Source of the DNA: Giardia intestinalis
Taxonomy: Eukaryota
DNA length: 64,000 nt
Assembly: GCA_000002435.2 (NCBI GenBank)
Contig: CM018789.1
Direction: 5' to 3' (one strand)
Numbering within the stretch: the stretch's first letter is position 1; each line of letters starts with the position of its first letter. Positions 50,379 through 57,676 of the stretch are shown one piece after another. The notes below the pieces were generated by a model. That model was not told the DNA's origin and ran no database searches. It saw nothing but the letters and a program-made list of their open reading frames with translations. The position numbers and the translations under genes are program-made.

Positions 50379-52304
50379 TCACTTTCTGCCATCAGCAGTT
50401 TTATGTGTCTTTTCAACGAGGCTTTCCAGGATTTCACGACCACTTGCTACATCTGTACCAATAGTCAGGATGCCGACGCTCGGGCCATACTGCATAACAA
50501 GCTGCTCTTCAAGAATAGAAAGGGCAGCCAACTCGGCATACGTCACCCCGCCAATAAAGACCACGAGCACTGAGGAGCTCTGCTGTTCGCCTATTAGGTC
50601 ATTGTGGAGACGTACATCCTCTCCTACGCTGCCGCTCCATGCCTCCAAAGGTCTTTTGATTCCCCAGACGCGGGTCGCGGGGACATATGGATAACTGTTA
50701 GAAGCGTCTGAGGTGCTTTCTAGGGCAGGATCAGCACTGGGTCCTCCTCTAGCAATGCCCTTGAGTGCATTTTCTCCGGAACCAGAGGACAAAATGGCCT
50801 TGAGTTCTCTCTCAACCATCCGCACAGAAAGAGGTGCTCGGCTATTGAAGACATCGGAGATGTCTCGGTAGTGAGTAACAGACACGCCGTGGGTCCGTTC
50901 TGAGTGCTCGTCTTCATCATACCAAAGAGTGTAGGCAGTACGGAGGTCCTTGAACCATGATTTGGACGTGAGAGCAGGCAGCAATCCAGACCCATCAAGT
51001 GTATCAAAAAGAAAGTCGGCACTAACCCCATAGCGGGCGCTTATGTTGGAACGAATGATCTGGAGGTCCTTGGGCTTTGGCTGTGAGGTGATCAGGATCA
51101 ATAAGTAGAACTGGACGATCTCGACAAGTGGCGCGTTCTCCATAATTCGCAGAAGCAGGTGGTCTAGCACCCGCTTGGAAAGAACACCTTCCCGAAAGAG
51201 ATCACGTTTTAAGACAAAAGCTTGCCCGAGGTCATAGCTCATAAATTTCAAAATGCTATTAGCTAACCCAACGTGGCATTCAGTGAACTTTTGATTCCTT
51301 TCCGCTACAATGGACTTCTCTCTAATCAAGCGGATCTGCTGAAGAGAAAGATTGTCACGCCCTGCTATTGCTTGCTCCTTCTCCTGTTCCACCTCCTTGA
51401 GCTCCTCCAGTATCTTATCTATCTTGTCTTTTATTTTTGATATGTGTGTAGCTCGCAATCTCCTGTAAACGGGGTCCAAAGAGTTTAGATAGGTTATGCC
51501 AGAATCCTTATCAGTCTGGAGAGCAGAGTTGTGAAGAGAAAAGGTTTCTGCCAGCAGGGCTTCGTATGTCCATGGATCAAGGGTTAGAGATAGAAGATCT
51601 ATGCCTCTATCTATGAGGAATACGTGTTCAAAAGGCGGTTGTCGATTATGGGCCCCCTCCAGTAATTGAGCAGGTCTGGACTTCAGCTCTGCCAAGAATG
51701 AGCGAAGGCATCGAACACCCTCGAGGCCCCTAGCGTAAATGTTTCTGAAAAGGCCGGTTGTGTTAACAATCTGAAGAAGGGCCTGGGCTGAGCGCTGCAC
51801 TGCAATCATGCTTTTCTGGTAGAGCATGTGATTAAAGCCATAGCGCAGATTAAGCGTTATGACATCGGTGTCCAGGAAGACGGAGTTGTAGGAGAATGCC
51901 TCGAGCGTATGTACCTGATCGGATAAGCCCGTGTCGCATATGAGCTGCTCGACATATTGATCGCATGCCGGAGTCACTAGGAAGTGCAAGGCGATGCTTG
52001 GGCGGGCCTTCAGGAACATCTTGGCGCCAGATATGGCATCCAGTACATTAGCGCCATCAAAAACGATTACCAGGTTTATATCTGTCTTTGGATTGGGCTT
52101 CATGGCTGTAGACAAGAACGTGACCTCGTTATCCTTAAAGAGGTCACCTGCAATAAGAGAAAGAGGGTCGCGGAGCTTCTCGTCGAGTAGAAAGACACGG
52201 TTGCTTTCTGGGACATTGCTAAGGGCCGTTACTAAGCTTTCACGCTGTGAAGCTAGCAGATCAGACAGGTCATAGGCTCGCTCCTCAAAGGATAGAGATA
52301 TCAT
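50379..52304 (-). CDS. VPS33: Vps33 (Sec1/Munc18 family; HOPS/CORVET subunit)
   Basis: The C-terminus ..FNSRAPLSVRMVERELK...SVLVVFIGGVTYAELAALSILEEQLVMQYGPSVGILTIGTDVASGREILESL.. matches the Vps33 C-terminus (..YSGYAPLSVRLAQLL...[23 protein letters not shown]...YVIATTKLMNGTSWIEAL). Overall Sec1-family architecture. The track start (52325) is a TTG; the first ATG at 52304-52302 has AT-rich context (catctacattaaaATG). Confidence 0.75.
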   Translation of the reverse strand: MISLSFEERAYDLSDLLASQRESLVTALSNVPESNRVFLLDEKLRDPLSLIAGDLFKDNEVTFLSTAMKPNPKTDINLVIVFDGANVLDAISGAKMFLKARPSIALHFLVTPACDQYVEQLICDTGLSDQVHTLEAFSYNSVFLDTDVITLNLRYGFNHMLYQKSMIAVQRSAQALLQIVNTTGLFRNIYARGLEGVRCLRSFLAELKSRPAQLLEGAHNRQPPFEHVFLIDRGIDLLSLTLDPWTYEALLAETFSLHNSALQTDKDSGITYLNSLDPVYRRLRATHISKIKDKIDKILEELKEVEQEKEQAIAGRDNLSLQQIRLIREKSIVAERNQKFTECHVGLANSILKFMSYDLGQAFVLKRDLFREGVLSKRVLDHLLLRIMENAPLVEIVQFYLLILITSQPKPKDLQIIRSNISARYGVSADFLFDTLDGSGLLPALTSKSWFKDLRTAYTLWYDEDEHSERTHGVSVTHYRDISDVFNSRAPLSVRMVERELKAILSSGSGENALKGIARGGPSADPALESTSDASNSYPYVPATRVWGIKRPLEAWSGSVGEDVRLHNDLIGEQQSSSVLVVFIGGVTYAELAALSILEEQLVMQYGPSVGILTIGTDVASGREILESLVEKTHKTADGRK

Positions 52305-52475
52305 TTTAATGTAGATGATGAACAAAGAAAGACGCGGTCAAACCCATAATACTGAGCCAACCAAGAGTCACCCTTACAGTACCCAGTGAACTCCGCTCTG
52401 GAGAGACAGTAGAGCAGGTTGTGACGGCACTAGCAGAGCTGCTAGTAGGGCATCGGAAAAATAAAGAAGAATCCG

Positions 52476-52727
52476 ATGGATTTGATTCAGAATGCCACCA
52501 GTGGAGGCTACTTCACTAATAACGAGATAGCTGAGCTACGAGGAAAGAAGGTCCAGGCTAAGATAAGCGATGTGGATTATCTGAAGACGCATCCGGAGGT
52601 TGAGCAGGTCATTGAGCTGCTATATATGAGCGTGCTCGAGCATAAGCCGCCTCGCGATCAGCTATATGTTTTTGTGGCCAACTTCTTTAGACAGCTTAAC
52701 GAAGAGCGGCAACGGGCGATGGGGTAG
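52476..52727 (+). CDS. Dpy-30 motif protein (83 aa), DPY30/DYDC-like, possibly flagellar or COMPASS-associated
   Basis: DYLKTHPEVEQVIELLYMSVLEHKPPRDQLYVFVANFFRQL fits the Dpy-30 helix-turn-helix motif (aYL...V.P.L..gL..l.k.rP.dPi.fLa.yL). ATG at 52476 after ggaaaaataaagaagaatccgATG. Confidence 0.65.
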   Translation: MDLIQNATSGGYFTNNEIAELRGKKVQAKISDVDYLKTHPEVEQVIELLYMSVLEHKPPRDQLYVFVANFFRQLNEERQRAMG

Positions 52728-52872
52728 TCTCAAGACTGAAGGTTGTTACCCGTTAAATCCTTTGGGCCCTCTGACATACAGATAAGTAGAGCGTGTTGTG
52801 GCGAAGTGAATTTGCAAATGCTAACTTTCGGCACAATCTTTACCCGGACACTCAAAAATTCAAATTATAGCT

Positions 52873-54171
52873 ATGGTCGATCTTAGTTCTATTATCACTC
52901 AGGTAAAGCAGGGAGAGACAATGCCAACTCCTCCTGCTCCACCACAGGCTGCTCCCACTATTACTGACACATCAAAAGTAAAGAAGACGAAGACCGCGTT
53001 TGGGGGATGTTGTGGGTCTAAACCAAAGCAGAAGAAGGAGTCAGTCACCAGGGAAGCACAATCCAACACTAAAACCACAGAAAACGCCGTTGAATTACAG
53101 AATGTTAGAACTTTAGCCACCACAATCGAAGACACCATGATGAACGACACTATTCCTATCGAGAGTGACCAGATCCTTGACCGGCAAATCTCATTATCTC
53201 CTAAAACAGTTACATCTGATGTTAGCAAATATGCTGTACCAGATAAACCTCACACTGCAGCTACCGATAACCTTGAGTCTAGTAAGAGGTTCTCACGGAA
53301 GCGGAGATCCACTGATGACCTCACTCCAGCAGCTACAATTGCAGTCGCCCGGAAAGCGGCTGACAGTTCACCCAACAACCTTGTCTCCTCAACTCCTCAA
53401 ACAGATGGAAAGCCAGTCTCAGACGCTTCGCCTTCTGGCGGCCAAGGCTCGAGACTTGGTTCTGAAGCAACGTCTCCTGTTCCATCCCCGGCAATGTCAC
53501 CTGGAAGCGAGGGAGCAGATAGACTCAGTACTAAGGAGAGCACCCCAAAGCCTCCTCCAAAGAGAATGTACTTTACCAAAGTAGAGAACTGGGCTCCAGG
53601 GCCTGATGCGTTACTACCGCCGCCAACAGAAGATCAGTATAACAAAAAGCTATTAGTCTTAGACCTAGACGAGACACTAGTTCACAGCTCTTTCAACAAG
53701 GTAGACAACGCAGACATGATAATACCTTTGTCCATAGAGGACCCCGTGAGCAAGGCGACAATAAGCCACCAGGTTTATGTGTATAAGCGGCCCTATGTCG
53801 ACGAATTCCTGGAAACCATGGCAAAGTATTATGAGCTGGCGATCTTCACCGCTTCTCTCCGAGTATACTGTGATGCGGTTATGGAGAAACTTGACCCCAA
53901 TGGGCTCTGTGTGCATCGCCTCTACCGTGATTCATGCATTCAATCCAACGGTGTATTTGTAAAAGATATGAGCATACTCGGGAGACCAATAGAATCTGTC
54001 ATTATTCTCGACAACTGTGCAGCCTCTTATATGTTTCAGCCGGAAAACGGTATTTTGGCCGTGGCCTTCTACGATGACAAATCGGATACGTTCCTCAAGG
54101 CCATTGAAGAGACCATGATCCATCTGAGTCGGGTTGAGGATGTGCGAACGTATCTTCGAAGCTGTCCATAA
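52873..54171 (+). CDS. NIF/FCP1-homology (CTD small phosphatase-like, HAD-family) protein phosphatase with a long disordered N-terminus
   Basis: Catalytic DxDxT motif in KKLLVLDLDETLVHSSF, followed by ..VYVYKRPYVDEFLETMAKYYELAIFTASLRVYCDAVMEKLDP...VFVKDMSILGRPIESVIILDNCAASYMFQPENGI..., characteristic of SCP/Dullard/Psr1 NIF domains. ATG at 52873; AGTAAAT polyA motif at about 54187. Confidence 0.8.
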   Translation: MVDLSSIITQVKQGETMPTPPAPPQAAPTITDTSKVKKTKTAFGGCCGSKPKQKKESVTREAQSNTKTTENAVELQNVRTLATTIEDTMMNDTIPIESDQILDRQISLSPKTVTSDVSKYAVPDKPHTAATDNLESSKRFSRKRRSTDDLTPAATIAVARKAADSSPNNLVSSTPQTDGKPVSDASPSGGQGSRLGSEATSPVPSPAMSPGSEGADRLSTKESTPKPPPKRMYFTKVENWAPGPDALLPPPTEDQYNKKLLVLDLDETLVHSSFNKVDNADMIIPLSIEDPVSKATISHQVYVYKRPYVDEFLETMAKYYELAIFTASLRVYCDAVMEKLDPNGLCVHRLYRDSCIQSNGVFVKDMSILGRPIESVIILDNCAASYMFQPENGILAVAFYDDKSDTFLKAIEETMIHLSRVEDVRTYLRSCP

Positions 54172-54227
54172 CACGCGGACGCCACTCTCAGTAAATAAGC
54201 TGTAAGCTTTTAGCCGATCGTCAGCTC

Positions 54228-54941
54228 ATGATGCTCCTCAGCATTCAGCCTCGCGGCCTCTCTAAGGGACCCCAGAGCAGCTGCACGCTTGACCACGGTC
54301 CACAACGGCAGGTGGTACTTGCAAGGAAAGACGACGAGGTGTATCTTCGACTTAAGCTAGATCTCTTTTGGGCGCACGCCCGCGGAGTCAAACGGCTCGG
54401 GGTTCTCTCTGACTCGATATTTACCAACTGCCCTTCAAGGGCCGACTTCTATGTTCCCGTCAATCCGTGGCACTACGCCGTCCCAACTTTGCGAGAAATG
54501 TCCGATAGTATGCACACAGAGGAAGACATAAGGCTGACGCTTGAAGATAGGGATCCGGCGCTGGCAAGCATTCTTACAGGCATTCCCCTTCAGCAGTGTC
54601 CAGGACTCGTTAGTCGAACGTTTGACGGAGAATTGGCTCATCAGTTCAGAGAAGACACGTACTTGCAGCACTGCAAGGAGCGGATCATTGCTCTATCAGC
54701 TACCGATGCTCTAAAGACACTCGACAGAGCCATCGACTTTTGTGCACAACTGTTTGACCAAACCACAATCCAGAAGCTCAGGCAAGATCTGGGGGCCCCA
54801 AAGGCCTCATGCCCACCAATGGCCGTATCTGCAACTAAGGACGCTAGACAAGGAGCGCGCCAAACAAAAGTGAAGCGCCAAACCAAAGAGGCACCCGGGA
54901 CCGGACCCATCGACGCATTTCTGCGCACAATAAAGAAGTAA
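54228..54941 (+). CDS. Hypothetical protein, 237 aa
   Basis: ORF with an ATG at 54228; upstream context only moderately AT-rich. No domain recognised. Confidence 0.4.
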   Translation: MMLLSIQPRGLSKGPQSSCTLDHGPQRQVVLARKDDEVYLRLKLDLFWAHARGVKRLGVLSDSIFTNCPSRADFYVPVNPWHYAVPTLREMSDSMHTEEDIRLTLEDRDPALASILTGIPLQQCPGLVSRTFDGELAHQFREDTYLQHCKERIIALSATDALKTLDRAIDFCAQLFDQTTIQKLRQDLGAPKASCPPMAVSATKDARQGARQTKVKRQTKEAPGTGPIDAFLRTIKK

Positions 54942-55015
54942 TCAGCAAAATTCACTGCACTAGTGTCGCCAGCTCGACGGAGAGCACTGTGAAATCGAGG
55001 CAAAATGCTGCAGAA

Positions 55016-55171
55016 TCAGAGCTTGAGGTGAGACCTCCTCCAGTGGTGTCTCTTGTAATTCCACGTCTTCTTGAGATGATCCTTTGCGATGACCCAGCGC
55101 GGGATGTTCTTGTTCGTCTTTGTCTTCTTCGCGAGCCTCAACTTCCTACTGAGCGTCTTATTCGCAGTCAT
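55016..55171 (-). CDS. RPL39: 60S ribosomal protein L39e (51 aa)
   Basis: MTANKTLSRKLRLAKKTKTNKNIPRWVIAKDHLKKTWNYKRHHWRRSHLKL versus eukaryotic L39 (..[47 protein letters not shown]). The track ORF starts at a TTG 9 codons upstream; the real start is taken as the ATG at 55171. Confidence 0.85.
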   Translation of the reverse strand: MTANKTLSRKLRLAKKTKTNKNIPRWVIAKDHLKKTWNYKRHHWRRSHLKL

Positions 55172-55597
55172 GACGAAGGGGCTTTTTTCCCAAGCCAAAA
55201 AGTGGAATCAATTTATATTCATGAGAATAACCACACACAATGCCCCGCAGAGCCTGTCCTCTTTGGGCTATACAGTACATCCCATCCGCCCTGGATTAGA
55301 AATACCGTTGACCTCCAAGCAGCTTGTCCTCGCCAGCTTCTCTTTATGTATAGTACTCGTTTGTATCTACGTGGCAGTGGGGATACCCCAGGAGCCTCGC
55401 AAGAGAGTGCTTGCTTGCCTGCCGCTCTTGCTTGTGTCGACAGCGACCGCAATGGCTCTGGCTGTTCTTTTTATGGTGCTCCTTTTTGTCGCAGAAGTGA
55501 CGCTCTAGGCTCTATGCCCAGCACACACTAATCTAGTGCCTCCAACCTGTAAACACACCCCAGCTTTTCCATGCGCAAATGTGTTTGCCTGCATGTA

Positions 55598-55873
55598 TTA
55601 GTAGAGCTCTTTGGAGGCAGTCTCGAACTTGGCCCAGATCTCCTGTGCGCGCAACGGGGAGTCTTTAATGAGGGTAACTGTCTTATGCAGCAGTTTAAGA
55701 AGAACCTTCCTGGCCTCAAATTCCCGCTGTAGATGCTCAATGGGGCCATTCATAATATCGCCATACTTCCGCTGGCAGGTTTGCAGGTATTTTGTGTCCT
55801 TGTCAATCTCGCGCAGCTCTGCAACAACGACTGCTTCATAGGCCTTGGCGCGTTGCAGAATTGCACCAGTCAT
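55598..55873 (-). CDS. Small helical hypothetical protein (91 aa)
   Basis: The ATG at 55873-55871 overlaps the TGA stop of the upstream TTC1 gene in an ATGA arrangement. Its AT-rich initiator lies inside the last codons of TTC1 (gtttaatatcagtatgcaaaaATGA). Confidence 0.45.
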   Translation of the reverse strand: MTGAILQRAKAYEAVVVAELREIDKDTKYLQTCQRKYGDIMNGPIEHLQREFEARKVLLKLLHKTVTLIKDSPLRAQEIWAKFETASKELY

Positions 55874-56439
55874 TTTTGCATACTGATATTAAACGAGCCA
55901 TCGGCGTTTTTGGCCAGCTTGAAATTATCCAGGGAGAGCCCTATCTTCCCAAGAAGTTTATTGCCCCAGGATTTCATTGTAGTGATACCTGCGTCCATTG
56001 CCTTCTTGTTGCATGCGTCCCTCTCCGCGGCTTCGGCGTCTGTCAAAGGCCGGAGCTGCGTCACCACACTCCATTCACTAGCTGCCAAGATGTACTTTTC
56101 TCTGGCGGCAAAGACACGCGCGACACGCAGACGCGCATTGATATGACGCGGATTTATGTCAATTGCCTCCCGAAGTGATCGCTCTGCCTCATCCAGTTCG
56201 CCCAGGCGAACACAGGCGGCCGCGTAGTTCGACAGACAGTTTGCACGCTCGGTGGTTCGTCCGGAAAATATGGCTAGGGCCTCTCGATAATGTTCTGCTG
56301 CTTCCTTGTACCTCCCCGTCTTCAGGGCGCTATTTCCTGCCTCTTTGAACGCTATTCCGCGATCAAAAGCGTCTTTTGCTGGTTCTGGCTCAAATACCAC
56401 CTCTTGCTCGTCGATCAGCTGTGCTGTAGGGGGCTCCAT
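55870..56439 (-). CDS. TTC1: TPR-repeat protein, TTC1-like Hsp70/Hsp90 co-chaperone
   Basis: TPR consensus in AFKEAGNSALKTGRYKEAAEHYREALAIF and ANCLSNYAAACVRLGELDEAERSLREAIDINPRH. The C-terminal LLGKIGLSLDNFKLAKNADGSFNISMQK resembles the TTC1 tail (..FGLSTENFQIKQDSSTGSYSINF..). ATG at 56439 with AT-rich upstream. Confidence 0.65.
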   Translation of the reverse strand: MEPPTAQLIDEQEVVFEPEPAKDAFDRGIAFKEAGNSALKTGRYKEAAEHYREALAIFSGRTTERANCLSNYAAACVRLGELDEAERSLREAIDINPRHINARLRVARVFAAREKYILAASEWSVVTQLRPLTDAEAAERDACNKKAMDAGITTMKSWGNKLLGKIGLSLDNFKLAKNADGSFNISMQK

Positions 56440-56588
56440 TTTAAAACATTGAACACGATTTGCTGTAGAGCCCGTTGAGTGCTTAGGGGACGAACCCGGC
56501 TTCCAGACGCCAGTTCACATCCTGCGTAGTCCTGGAAAATAAACAAAATTAATTTTGAATCTGCTCCAATAAAACAGACCCGGGCGAG

Positions 56589-56960
56589 ATGGAGGAGATC
56601 AAGGGCAAGACATTTTTGCCGGCGATATTTGTCGGGTACCAGCGAAGTAGGGCCAAGCAGCGCGAAAATGTCGCTCTTGTCAAGGTCAGTGGGATCTATA
56701 CACGCGCAGAGACAGACAAGGTGCTCGGGAGACTCATTGCAATAATCCACTCCAAGAGCGGCAAGCCCATTTTCGGCAAAATCTGCCGCCCGCACGGCAA
56801 CTCCGGCATGGTCCGTGCGCGCTTCTACACAAACCTCCCGGGCCAGCTTATGGGCCACAAGGTGCGTGTTTTCTATGACAATATCGACGTGGGCGACCGC
56901 GCAACACCGAAGTACGAGCGCTTGTACGGGAACCCCAACGCGACGGTAACCTACGAGTAA
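56589..56960 (+). CDS. RPL35A: 60S ribosomal protein L35a (eL33)
   Basis: MEEIKGKTFLPAIFVGYQRSRAKQRENVALVKVSGIYTRAETDKVLGRLIAIIHSKSGKPIFGKICRPHGNSGMVRARFYTNLPGQLMGHKVRVFYDN matches the eL33 family (..GYKRGLRNQRE.TALLKIEGV..R.E..FYLGKR.AYVYKAKN......IWGKVTRAHGNSG.VRAKF..NLP..A.G..VRVMLYPSRI). Confidence 0.88.
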   Translation: MEEIKGKTFLPAIFVGYQRSRAKQRENVALVKVSGIYTRAETDKVLGRLIAIIHSKSGKPIFGKICRPHGNSGMVRARFYTNLPGQLMGHKVRVFYDNIDVGDRATPKYERLYGNPNATVTYE

Positions 56961-57047
56961 ATAGTCAGGCGGGCTTGTGGCGTGATGCTGGGGGTCTCGC
57001 CCTGGTGGTTTACTGCTTTGCCGCCGCACTCAGTGTGAGACAGGCTA

Positions 57048-57527
57048 TCAGTTCATGAGTGCTCCGAGAAGAAAGCGGGCGCCGTCGCTCAAGGTTTGCT
57101 TGAAGGACCTCTCACTCACTTGCGGGCCAGCTGGGTTATCAGAAAGGTAAAACCCATTGTCCACAATTTCCCCAAGAGTTATGCAGATAGATGCATACTG
57201 CTCCTTGCACGCCGCTAGGGAGAGGCGCTCACCAAGTATGCCCACCAACGCCTCTACAACCGTGGAGGCGATATCGCAGAGAAGCATCTCATTCTCCGCT
57301 TCCGCGCCGATCACAAAGAGGAACAGCCCGCCAAGCTTTCTGTAGATGCACGGGTAGGGGCAATAGTGGAGCTGGCTGGACGTGCTAATCGAGTCCAGGG
57401 TGGCGGCATGCAGCGCCGGGAGAAAGGACGAGAGGTAGCCTTCGGCGAGGAGAGGGTCGTAGCACTGGGCGTAGATAGCTGCGCCGCTCACGTCCGTCAA
57501 AGCCAGCCCTGCGAGCTGCCTCTGCAT
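57048..57527 (-). CDS. COPZ: Coatomer zeta subunit (zeta-COP)
   Basis: ..GGLFLFVIGAEAENEMLLCDIASTVVEALVGILGERLS...ICITLGEIVDNGFYLSDNPAGPQV.. versus zeta-COP ..[38 protein letters not shown]...[23 protein letters not shown].. ATG at 57527 with AT-rich upstream. Confidence 0.75.
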   Translation of the reverse strand: MQRQLAGLALTDVSGAAIYAQCYDPLLAEGYLSSFLPALHAATLDSISTSSQLHYCPYPCIYRKLGGLFLFVIGAEAENEMLLCDIASTVVEALVGILGERLSLAACKEQYASICITLGEIVDNGFYLSDNPAGPQVSERSFKQTLSDGARFLLGALMN

Positions 57528-57676
57528 TTTATTAAAGGAACCTCATGTGTGCTTTCACTCATCAGCGTGCAAGACACTCCGAAACACGGACTAAGCGTTG
57601 CAAATCACGGGTTGCTAGGACTTTTTTCCCCACATGCAATGCAATTTAATATGATTACTGTCATCCATTTTTTAGT

